Assembly (NCBI GenBank): GCA_963764715.1
Contig: CAVXTP010000013.1
Coordinates: forward strand, 116,655 to 180,654
Length of the DNA stretch: 64,000 nucleotides
Direction of reading: 5' to 3'
Source: an uncultured Acidobacteriota bacterium
GTDB taxonomy: Bacteria; Acidobacteriota; Thermoanaerobaculia; UBA5066; Gp7-AA6
How positions within the stretch are numbered: position 1 is the first letter of the stretch; the number at the start of each line of letters is the position of its first letter. Both the position numbers and the translations under genes were made by a program. Of the stretch, positions 20,053-31,720 are shown piece after piece. Under the pieces are notes generated by a model, which made no database searches, was not told where the DNA came from, and saw nothing but the letters and a program-made list of their open reading frames with translations.

Positions 20053-22608
20053 CTACTGCAGCTGGAACGTCTTCGTCAGGAACACCGCCATCTGCTGCCG
20101 GACGTTCGTCGTGTTCGGGCAGTAGCGAAGCGGGTTCGTGATGCAGCCGCCGGTGATGTTGCGCGAGTAGAGGTCCTCGATCCACGCGGCCGCGAAGGCG
20201 CCCGCCGGAACGTCGGCGAAGATCGTTCCGGTCGCGGGCGGAGGGTTGTACGTCGAATCGTTCAGGGCCTTCAGGAGGAAGATCGCCATCTGCGCGCGCG
20301 TCACGGGGTTCGCGGGGCAGTAGTTGGTTCCGCCGCAGCCGCCGGTGACGCCGAGCGCCGCGAGGCTTTCGATCCACGCGGCGGCGAAGGCGTTGGCGGG
20401 GACGTCGGTGAAGACGGTTCCGGTCGCCGGCGGTGGCGCATACGTGGACCCGTACTTCGCCTTCAGCAGGAAGACGGCCATCTGTGCGCGGGTGATCGGC
20501 AGGGTCGGGCAGAAGTTGCCGAAGCCGCAGCCGGCGGTGACGCCGTTGCGGGCGACCTTGACGACGTAGTCGTGGAACAGGTTGGGCGGCGGGACGTCGA
20601 GGAAGTCGACCTGGATGTTGGTCGAGGCCTCGGGCGAGTCGCAGCTCGCCGCGCTCTCGACGACGGTGCACTGCATGGTCGTTCCGGGAGGGGCCGCGTC
20701 GAAGACGATCTGCCGCGAGCCCTGGCCCGCGGTGATCACGCCGCCCGAGAGCGTCCAGGTCCAGGTCGAGCCCGGGTGGTTGACGGCGCTCGCCGAGGCG
20801 CCCGACGCGCCGACCGGGACCGAGATCGGCGCGGTGATGACGGGCTGGCCCGGCGTGACGTTGACGGTCACCGTCGCGGTGGAGGTGTTGGTCGAGGCGC
20901 AGCCGTTGGCGCCCACGACGGTGAGCGAGTACGTCGTCGTCGACGCGGGATTCGCGGTGGGCGTGCAGCTCGACGCGTTGGAGAGACCCGTCACGGGGAG
21001 CCAGGAGCAGGAGACGCCGCCCGAGCCGATCAGGCCGACCGATCCGCCCGTGCAGACCGTTCCGCCGCCGGACGCGGCGGCCGTCGGTCGGCCGTTGATC
21101 GTCAGCACGGCCTGGTTCGAGGCGATCGTCTGGCCGAAGCCGTCCGTGACGACGACGTCGTAGTTGCCCGAGTCGCCCGTGGCCGTCGGGTTGATCGTCA
21201 GCGTGTCGGTCGTGACGCCCGAGATCGTTCCGCCGTTGTTGAGGTTGACGCCGCCCTTTCTCCAGCGGTACGTCAGCGTCGGCTGGCCGGTCGCGGTGAC
21301 CGTGAAGACGGCCGAGGAGCCCGAGCAGAGCGTCTGGTTCGAAATCGTCGTGACGGTGATCGGGATCCGCTCGTAGGCGCCCATGTCGACATAGGGGGGC
21401 GTCAGTCCCGCTCCCGTGTCCGGAACGTCCGGGTCGTCGAAGAAGCGGGGGAGGCCGACGACGTCGACCGTCACGCCGCCGGGAACGGCCGAGTTGTTGC
21501 CCGCGTCGACGACCGGCGAGAGCGGGCCCGGGCGCAGGTCCGAGGGCGCGTTGAGGAACAGGGGATCGGCGTCGATGTTGCCGGTGCCCCCGATGCCGCC
21601 GCCCTGGATGTCGGTGTAGGTCACCGTCGCGGATCCGGTGCAAGGAGCGCCGAGGCAGAGCTGTCCGGTCGAGTTGCCCCAGAAGATCGAGTTGGCGATG
21701 GAGTTGCCGGTGCTCGAGAGGAACGCCGCGCCATAGACGGAGTTCGCCGTGAAGGTCGAGTTGTCGATCACGCTGCCGTTGGCCGAGGCGACCTGGAGGC
21801 CGTTGGGGCTGTTCTGCGCGACGATGGAGTTGATGAGGGTGACCGTGCCGCCGTTGGTCTCGATCCCGCCGCCGCCCGTCGAGGCGCTCGAGATCGTGTT
21901 CGACCGAAAGACGCAGCCCTGGGCGGTGATGGAGCTCGCGGCTCCTCCGTAAACGCCTCCTCCATGGCCCCCGAATCCGACCGAGTTGCCCTGGAAGGTG
22001 CTGCTCAGGATGATGGGCGCGCCGCCGGAGACCCGGAGTGCGCCGCCCTCACCTTGCGCGAAATTGCCCGAGAACGTGAGCTGGGCGAGCGTCGGCGAGC
22101 CGCCGTTGTTCCACATGCCCGCGCCGCGGTCGTTGAAGGCGGCCGGCGCGCCGTCCGCCTGGCCCGCCGTGATCGTGAACCCGTCGAGAACGCCGGACCC
22201 GGTGACCGACGCGGCCGCGGTGACGACGTGGTAACTGTTGTCGATCGAGGAGGTCGGCGTTCCGATGTCGCCGGAGAGGATCGTGACGTGGGCCTTGGGA
22301 TCGCGCTGCGTGCGCTGCGTCTCGGTGCCCACGAAGCCGCCGTAGATCCCGACCCCGTTCTCCATCGCGAACGAAGCCGTGCGGTCGGAGGCGTCCGGCT
22401 TGTATGTTCCGGCGGCGACCCAGATCTCATCGGGCGAATTCGCCGCGCCGAGCGCGGTCTGGAGGCTGGTGTAGGCGTTGGCCCAGCTCGATCCGTTGTT
22501 CGAGCCCGTCGCGGCGGCATTGACGTAAATCACGGCGGCAAAAGCGGTTGTGGTCCCGGCCGCGCAGAAGATGCCCATGGCAGCCATGAGCCGCGAAGCG
22601 AAACGCAT
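20053..22608 (-). CDS. Secreted beta-helix (Pmp-like GGA repeats) protein with Ig domains and triple SLH repeats
   Basis: GGAGG RBS then ATG 22608; VIYVNAAATGSNNGSSWANAY, GGAL/GGGV repeats, DMGAYE, LTYRWRKGG Ig domain, SLH. Confidence 0.85.
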   Translation of the reverse strand: MRFASRLMAAMGIFCAAGTTTAFAAVIYVNAAATGSNNGSSWANAYTSLQTALGAANSPDEIWVAAGTYKPDASDRTASFAMENGVGIYGGFVGTETQRTQRDPKAHVTILSGDIGTPTSSIDNSYHVVTAAASVTGSGVLDGFTITAGQADGAPAAFNDRGAGMWNNGGSPTLAQLTFSGNFAQGEGGALRVSGGAPIILSSTFQGNSVGFGGHGGGVYGGAASSITAQGCVFRSNTISSASTGGGGIETNGGTVTLINSIVAQNSPNGLQVASANGSVIDNSTFTANSVYGAAFLSSTGNSIANSIFWGNSTGQLCLGAPCTGSATVTYTDIQGGGIGGTGNIDADPLFLNAPSDLRPGPLSPVVDAGNNSAVPGGVTVDVVGLPRFFDDPDVPDTGAGLTPPYVDMGAYERIPITVTTISNQTLCSGSSAVFTVTATGQPTLTYRWRKGGVNLNNGGTISGVTTDTLTINPTATGDSGNYDVVVTDGFGQTIASNQAVLTINGRPTAAASGGGTVCTGGSVGLIGSGGVSCSWLPVTGLSNASSCTPTANPASTTTYSLTVVGANGCASTNTSTATVTVNVTPGQPVITAPISVPVGASGASASAVNHPGSTWTWTLSGGVITAGQGSRQIVFDAAPPGTTMQCTVVESAASCDSPEASTNIQVDFLDVPPPNLFHDYVVKVARNGVTAGCGFGNFCPTLPITRAQMAVFLLKAKYGSTYAPPPATGTVFTDVPANAFAAAWIESLAALGVTGGCGGTNYCPANPVTRAQMAIFLLKALNDSTYNPPPATGTIFADVPAGAFAAAWIEDLYSRNITGGCITNPLRYCPNTTNVRQQMAVFLTKTFQLQ

Positions 22609-22709
22609 GGAATGTCCTCCGTCGATTGTCGACACTTCTGGCTCATTGTCGCGCGTTCTGGCCATGAAGTCAGCCGTCCATCCGGACAGGCAATGGGCCA
22701 GCGGCCGAC

Positions 22710-22762
22710 AAGTCAGAAATGCAGGTCAGACCCCAAAAGTCAGAAATGCAGGGCTGACCCCA
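22710..22762. repeat. Two tandem ~26-bp units AAGTCAGAAATGCAGG(TCA/GCT)GACCCCA, related to the 7912 element
   Basis: Units at 22710-22735 and 22737-22762; the reverse complement starts GGGGTC(T/A)G. The repeat supplies the C-terminus and stop of the M20 peptidase. Confidence 0.7.
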
Positions 22763-23863
22763 CGAGGGCGGCGGCGAGGGCGGCGCGTTCGGGAAGGGAA
22801 GAGAGGAGGACGTGCTCGTCGATGGCGTGCGCGCCGTCGCCGTCGGCGCCGAGGCCGTCGAGCGTCGGGATTCCGAGGGCGGCGGCGAACGACGCTTCCG
22901 ACGCGCCGCCGGTCTCGACCTCCTCGAGCGGGGGCAGGCCCAGTCCGGCCGCGGCCTCGCGCGCGGCGCGGTAGGCGGCCTCGACGTGGGGACCGCGCTC
23001 GAGCGGCGGGTAGAAGGCGGACTCCTCGAGCTCGAGCGCGACGCGCGGGTCCGAGCTCCGGAGCGCCTCGAGCGCGGCGCGCGCGATCTCGCCGTCGGCG
23101 AGGGCGCGGAAGCGGACGTCGAGCGTGGCCTCGGCGAGCTCGGGCACGACGTTCGGCCGCGAGCCGCCGCGGACGGTCCCGACGTTGACGGTGACGCCGC
23201 GTTCGAGGTCCGTCAACGCCGCGGCGTCGAGGAGACGGCCCGACAGCTCGAGAATGGCGTTGGCGCCCCGCTCGAAATCCGCGCCGGCGTGGGCCGCGAC
23301 GCCGCGCGCGCGCAGCGTGTACGTCGCCATTCCCTTGCGGCGCGTCTTCACGGCGCCGCCCGGCCAGGCCGGCTCGAAGTCGAGGACCGCGCGGCTGCGG
23401 CGCATCTCGGACTCCATGACGCCGCGATAGAGCGCGCCGCCGACTTCCTCGAGGGGCGTCAGGAAGACGGTGACCGAAGGGATCTCCCCGAGCGCGCGAA
23501 GCGCCTTCAGCGCGAAGACGAGGACCACGAGCCCGCCCTTCATGTCGTAGGAGCCGGGGCCGGAAAGACGGTCGCCCTCGATGCGCACGGGCCGGCGCGC
23601 GAGTGTGCCGAGCTCCCAGACCGTGTCGAGATGGCCGAGGAGCATCACGGGCCGCTCGCCCAAGCGGGCGCGCAGGATGGGGCCGGCGCCGTCGACCGGG
23701 ACGAGCTCCCCGTGAAGGCCGAGCTGGGAGAGCTCCTGCTCGATCCGCCGGGCGACGGCCGCGACGCCCGCGGGATCCGAGGACGGCGACTCGATGGCGG
23801 TGATCTCCGCCAGGAGCCGCGTCATCTCCTCCTGGCGCTCGCGGCACCAGCCGAGGAGGTTGC

Positions 23864-23867
<4 letters not shown>
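22740..23867 (-). CDS. M20 family metallopeptidase (glutamate carboxypeptidase-like)
   Basis: LLGHLDTVW, GPGSYDMKGG, EE, DFEP, AHAG, PTLDGLGADGDGAHAIDEH. ATG overlaps the kinase stop. Confidence 0.9.
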
Positions 23868-27310
<3,443 letters not shown>

Positions 27311-27408
27311 GGGCGGCGGGGCGGGGCTTTAGAGAAACCGACGACTTCGCCGGATGGGCGCCCGCGCGGCGCGTCCTGGGGATCACGCCCTGAATCCTAC
27401 CGGAGCGT

Positions 27409-28995
27409 CTAGAGGACGCGCGTGTACTCGCTCTGGTCCTGCTTCCACACCACGACGCCGCAGAACCGCTCGCCCTCCGGGCACACCGGCCGCACTCCCG
27501 CGTGGTGGCGCAGCGTGCACGGCGGCAGCAGCCAGGGCCCGATGCGCGGGTTGACGTCGCGGATCTGCAGGGCCTCGTCGAGGGACGCGCGCCAGATCTC
27601 CTCCTGCGCGTTGTAGCAGAGGCGCATCGCGAACTTGTGGTGGAGGTTCAGGAGGTCCGCCGACTCGGTGAAGCGGATCGCGACGGCGTTCGGCAGCAGG
27701 TAGGCCGCGAACTCGTCGGAGACGCCGCGCGAGCGGAGCTCGCCGATCGCGCGCCAGGTCTCCTCCATCGTCTCGCGGTAGAGCGCCGCGGCCTCGGGCA
27801 CGTCGTCGACGAGCATCGGGACGACGTAGTCGGGCTCCTCGGACAGGTAGGCCGGCAGGGCCGGGCGCGAGGCCGGCGTCATGCGGTGGCGCTGGTCCTG
27901 GCTGTCGGCCGTGTGCGAGAGCTTCTTGCGGAAGGTGTAGGACGGGTGGAAGAGCGCGCGCGAGAGCTTGTCGTGCGTCGTCAGCGTCAGCGTTTCGCCG
28001 AGGACGCGGTTCTTCGACGGATCGAGGACCATCCGGATCGCATCGTCGTCGGAGAGCGCGGCCCGGGGGACGCCGAGGATCTCGCGCACGGCCGAGGCGA
28101 GGATCTCCTCGTTGTTGGCCTTCCAGTCGACGAGGCGCGAGACGCGCGGCCCGAGCTCCGCGTCGAACTCTCGCCGGAACTCGCGGGACGCGCCGCGGAC
28201 GCGCGGAAGCGCCCGGAACGCCGCGTACTCGGGCGTCTCCTCGAGCGGCAGCGGGTCCTGCAGGACGGTCGCGTAGAGCGGGTCGTGCCGGAGGACCTCC
28301 TCGACCATCTGCCCGACGATCTCCCGCTGCTCCGCCGGCGCGTCCATGGTTTCGCAGAGGCGCCAGTACCGGAAGAGCGTCACGCCCGAGACCGTGTGGT
28401 ACAGGTACGAGAACGTCGCGACCGGGAGCACGTACCGCGCGATCTCCTGCGCCCGCTTCTTGACCGCGCCCGAGAACCGCGTCCGCCCGTCTCCGCGCGT
28501 GCGGCCCGGGAAGAGACCGAAGTAGCGCTCGCCCGCCATCGGCGTCAGGAGCTCGGTCAGCCGGGCGTAGGCCTCCTGCTGGCGGCGCGCGGCCCGCTCG
28601 TAGATGTCCCGCTCGGGCGCGCCCATCGGGGGCACGGCGTAGTTGCCGCGGCTGACCTCGACGTAGCGCTGGGAGACCTGCTCGGAGTTGTAGAACGGGT
28701 GCGAGTGGAGAAACGTCCAGAGGAACTGGCGCGAGACGTTCTCCAGCGCGAACTGGAAGTGCGCGTGCTGGAAGGTCGTGTGGTGCCCGGCCTCGTAGAT
28801 CGACTTCGCGATCGCGTCGCGCCGGTCGGGGCGCGCCGAGGCCTGGTCCTCGGTGACGATCCCCTTGGCCGAGTAGCACGTCCGGGCGGTCGCGACGACG
28901 TTCTCGTAGGCGCGGTCGAAGGCGTGGACGAGGCGGACCTTCGGCGGCGCGGAGGAGAAGGCAAAGCCGCTCTTGGGAAGGGGAAGGCTCGACAT
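27409..28995 (-). CDS. thyX: FAD-dependent thymidylate synthase ThyX-like, tandem two-domain form
   Basis: Domain 1: GHHTTFQHAHFQFALENVSR...SQRYV, ARYVLP. Domain 2: QDQRHR, AAYLLPNA, RLCYNAQEEI. About twice normal ThyX length. Start is 28995 or 29007. Confidence 0.8.
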   Translation of the reverse strand: MSSLPLPKSGFAFSSAPPKVRLVHAFDRAYENVVATARTCYSAKGIVTEDQASARPDRRDAIAKSIYEAGHHTTFQHAHFQFALENVSRQFLWTFLHSHPFYNSEQVSQRYVEVSRGNYAVPPMGAPERDIYERAARRQQEAYARLTELLTPMAGERYFGLFPGRTRGDGRTRFSGAVKKRAQEIARYVLPVATFSYLYHTVSGVTLFRYWRLCETMDAPAEQREIVGQMVEEVLRHDPLYATVLQDPLPLEETPEYAAFRALPRVRGASREFRREFDAELGPRVSRLVDWKANNEEILASAVREILGVPRAALSDDDAIRMVLDPSKNRVLGETLTLTTHDKLSRALFHPSYTFRKKLSHTADSQDQRHRMTPASRPALPAYLSEEPDYVVPMLVDDVPEAAALYRETMEETWRAIGELRSRGVSDEFAAYLLPNAVAIRFTESADLLNLHHKFAMRLCYNAQEEIWRASLDEALQIRDVNPRIGPWLLPPCTLRHHAGVRPVCPEGERFCGVVVWKQDQSEYTRVL

Positions 28996-29045
28996 CGAAT
29001 CTGCCATTCTAGCCCTCGCGCGAGGTCCGATAGCATCGGGTACGG

Positions 29046-29885
29046 ATGGACAGCCGGACCGACGCGGAGCTGCTCGAGGCCGCCCGGCGCGGCGACGCGG
29101 GGTCGCTCGAAGACCTCCTCGAGCGCCACCAGGCGCAGGTCTACCGCTTCGGCATGAAGATGTGCCGCGACCCGGAGGACGCCCGCGACGTCCTGCAGGA
29201 CACGCTGCTCGCGATGGCGAGGGGCGTCCGCGACTTCCGCGGCGCGTCCTCGATCTCGACGTGGCTCTACACGATCGCCCGGAGCTTCTGCATCAAGAAG
29301 CGCCGGCGCAGCAAGTTCGCGCCGGAGCCGGAGCGTTCCCTCGAGAGCGACGCCTCGCCCGAAGCGGCGGACCTGCCGGATCCGGGCCGCACCCCCGACG
29401 AGGTCCTCGCGTCGAAGCAGGTGCACGACGCGCTGGAGCAGGCGATCGGGGCCCTCGAGCCGATGTACCGGGAAGTCCTTCTGCTGCGGGACGTGGAGGG
29501 CCTGTCGGCGGCCGAGGTCGCCGAGGTCCTCGGCGTCGGCGTGCCGGCCGTCAAGAGCCGCCTGCACCGCGCCCGCCTGTCCGTGCGCGCGCACGTCGCG
29601 CCGCTCCTGGGGATCTCGCCGCCGGAGCCCGCGGCCGCCCCATCGAAGTCGTCCTGCCCGGACGTGCTCGAGCTCTTCTCCCGCCACCTCGAGGACGAGA
29701 TCAGCGCGGATGTCTGTCTCGAGATGGAGCGCCACCTCGCCGGGTGCGCCCGTTGCCGCGCCACCTGCGATTCCCTGAAGCGCACGCTCGCCCTCTGCCG
29801 CACGAGCCCTTCGGTCCCCGTGCCGAAAGCCCTCCAGGATTCGGTCCGCGTCGCGGTCCGGAATTTCCTCGGGGCGCCGTCCTGA
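29046..29885 (+). CDS. ECF sigma factor with fused C-terminal zinc-finger anti-sigma (ZAS, HxxxCxxC) domain
   Basis: DARDVLQDT, STWLYTIAR, REVLLLRDVEGLS, VKSRLHRAR; C-terminus CPDVLELFSRHLEDE..HLAGCARCRATC. Confidence 0.9.
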   Translation: MDSRTDAELLEAARRGDAGSLEDLLERHQAQVYRFGMKMCRDPEDARDVLQDTLLAMARGVRDFRGASSISTWLYTIARSFCIKKRRRSKFAPEPERSLESDASPEAADLPDPGRTPDEVLASKQVHDALEQAIGALEPMYREVLLLRDVEGLSAAEVAEVLGVGVPAVKSRLHRARLSVRAHVAPLLGISPPEPAAAPSKSSCPDVLELFSRHLEDEISADVCLEMERHLAGCARCRATCDSLKRTLALCRTSPSVPVPKALQDSVRVAVRNFLGAPS

Positions 29886-29913
29886 ACCCTTTTCGCGGCG
29901 GCCGGCTCTCACC
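29884..29913 (+). promoter_or_regulatory. Putative ECF promoter copy 1 (GAACCCTT-N12-GGCTCTCAC) upstream of thioredoxin
   Basis: The same motif and spacing recur at 31546 and 33565. Confidence 0.7.
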
Positions 29914-29928
29914 GGGCGTGGAGGGCCG

Positions 29929-30315
29929 ATGGCGACCGTACAGGTGACGGAGGAGAGCTTCGAAGCGACGATCAAGTCGGGAATCGTGATTCTCGACTTC
30001 TGGGCCGGCTGGTGCGGGCCCTGCCACATGTTCGCCCCGGTCTTCGAGGCCGCCGCGGAGCGCCACCCGGACGTGGTCTTCGGCAAAGTCGACACCGAGG
30101 CCGAGGCGGGGCTGGCGGCCGCCTTCGACATCCGTGCGATCCCGACGTTGATGGTGCTTCGCGACGGCGTCCTCCTCGCGTCCCAGCCCGGGGCGCTGCC
30201 CGCCTCGGGGCTCGACGCCCTCGTCGAGAAGGTGCGATCCCTCGACATGGACGAGGTGCGGCGGAGCATCGATGCCGCCGCGGCGGACGCGGCCCGCGGC
30301 GCGGAGAACGCCTGA
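29929..30315 (+). CDS. trxA: Thioredoxin
   Basis: LDFWAGWCGPC, FGKVDTE, IRAIPTLM; GGAGG RBS. Confidence 0.92.
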   Translation: MATVQVTEESFEATIKSGIVILDFWAGWCGPCHMFAPVFEAAAERHPDVVFGKVDTEAEAGLAAAFDIRAIPTLMVLRDGVLLASQPGALPASGLDALVEKVRSLDMDEVRRSIDAAAADAARGAENA

Positions 30316-30509
30316 TGTGCCGGCGCGCGACCTGCCCGCGGTGCGGGCTCGCGACGTTCGCCGGCTGCGGCGCCCACGTCGAACAGGTTCTCGGAAACGT
30401 GCCGCCGGCGGAGCGGTGCCGGTGCGGCGGGGAGTCCCGGGACGACGCGCAAGCCGCCGGGACGAGCCGTTCGCGAGGCTGGTTTTTCGGCCGGCGCGGA
30501 AAGGCGTAG
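30315..30509 (+). CDS. Small Cys-rich protein (64 aa), probably metal binding
   Basis: TGATG coupling to thioredoxin; MCRRATCPRCGLATFAGCGAHVEQVLGNVPPAERCRC. Confidence 0.75.
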   Translation: MCRRATCPRCGLATFAGCGAHVEQVLGNVPPAERCRCGGESRDDAQAAGTSRSRGWFFGRRGKA

Positions 30510-30515
30510 GCGATC

Positions 30516-30683
30516 ATGGACTCGTGGATCGAGCTCGCCGCTCTCCTCGTAGGCTGGATTCTTCTCCAGTACTGGATATTGCCCAGGCTCGGAATCGGGA
30601 CCTGAGCGGTGCCGACGCCGCGCCGGTCGGCGCGGGGGAAGCACCGGGCGGACGCCGCCGATCGAAAGGACGATTGCCCCTGA
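30516..30683 (+). CDS. Candidate small membrane selenoprotein (29 aa if TGA 30603-30605 is a stop; 55 aa with Sec)
   Basis: MDSWIELAALLVGWILLQYWILPRLGIGT-TGA-AVPTPRRSARGKHRADAADRKDDCP*; one TM helix; SECIS-like hairpin directly after the TGA. Confidence 0.6.
30608..30645 (+). promoter_or_regulatory. Bacterial SECIS-like stem-loop
   Basis: Lower stem GGTGC/GCACC, upper stem CCGCGCC/GGCGCGG, apical loop GGTC starting 19 nt after the TGA. Confidence 0.55.
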
Positions 30684-30702
30684 CGGGTCCGGCCGAGGTC
30701 CC

Positions 30703-31443
30703 TTGATCGGCTGGATCCTCGGATTCGGCCTGCTCGCGAGCGTCGCCAGCGTCGGGCTCGCCGCCGTGATCCTCCTGCTGCCCGCCGCAACTCGCTCGAC
30801 CCTCGTCACGACCCTCGTCAGCTACGCCGTCGGGACTCTGCTCGGAGCGGCGTTTCTGGGGCTTCTGCCCAACGCCCTCGCCCAGGCGGGCCACCGGCCG
30901 GTCCTGGCCGCGACGCTCGGCGGCATCCTCCTCTTCTTCGTGCTCGAGAAGGTCGTCCTGTGGCGGCACTGCCACGCCGGCGAGTGCGAGATCCACGGAC
31001 GCCCGGCGGCTGCGCTGATCCTGGCGGGCGACGCGCTCCACAACTTCGTGGACGGCGTGGCGGTGGCCGCGGCCTTCGAGGTCTCCGTCCCGGTCGGCGT
31101 CGCGGCCGGGTTGGCGATCATCGCCCACGAGGTACCGCAGGAGCTGGGTGACTTCGCCGTCCTGCTGGAGGGAGGCTTCTCCCGGGTTCGCGCACTGATC
31201 TGGAACGGGTTGTCCAGCCTGACGACGCTGGCGGGAGCTCTGCTCGGGTACTTCTCGCTCGAGACCCTTCGTCCGGCGCTGCCGTTCGTGCTGGCCGTTT
31301 CCGCCGCGGGCTTCGTCTACGTCGCGGCCGCCGACCTCATCCCCTCCCTTCATCGAAGAGCCCGGGGCGCCGCCGGACTGGGACAGTTCGCGCTCGTCCT
31401 GGCCGGCGTCGCGACGATCGCCCTGCTGCACTCGGATCACTGA
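30703..31443 (+). CDS. ZIP family metal (zinc) transporter
   Basis: GTLLGAAFLGLLP, HCHAGECEIH loop, GDALHNFVDG, HEVPQELGDF, YVAAADLIP; TTG start. Confidence 0.9.
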   Translation: MIGWILGFGLLASVASVGLAAVILLLPAATRSTLVTTLVSYAVGTLLGAAFLGLLPNALAQAGHRPVLAATLGGILLFFVLEKVVLWRHCHAGECEIHGRPAAALILAGDALHNFVDGVAVAAAFEVSVPVGVAAGLAIIAHEVPQELGDFAVLLEGGFSRVRALIWNGLSSLTTLAGALLGYFSLETLRPALPFVLAVSAAGFVYVAAADLIPSLHRRARGAAGLGQFALVLAGVATIALLHSDH

Positions 31444-31545
31444 GTCCGCCCCGCCGCGCGGAACGCATCGATCCCTTTCGGGAAGGCTCAGCCGCAGCCG
31501 TCCGAGAGGTTTCGCCGACGCCTCCCGGGGAGCGTCTCCGCGGGT

Positions 31546-31575
31546 GAACCCTTCGGGCCCGCCTCGGCTCTCACC
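31546..31575 (+). promoter_or_regulatory. Putative ECF promoter copy 2, upstream of osmC
   Basis: GAACCCTTCGGGCCCGCCTCGGCTCTCACC. Confidence 0.68.
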
Positions 31576-31720
31576 CATCGGGCGCCGCGGCCGGAGCGGG
31601 GTCCCGAACAACCCGGAGGGGATGAAGATGCTCAACGTCGTCCCGCACGCCGCTCGCCGGGGAGATTCGGGCTCGCCGCCGATCCCGACGCCAGGGCGGC
31701 CGAACTGAACGGGAGCACGC

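Noticed and set aside
22710-22762. CRISPR array
   Set aside because: Only two abutting units, no spacers and no cas genes.
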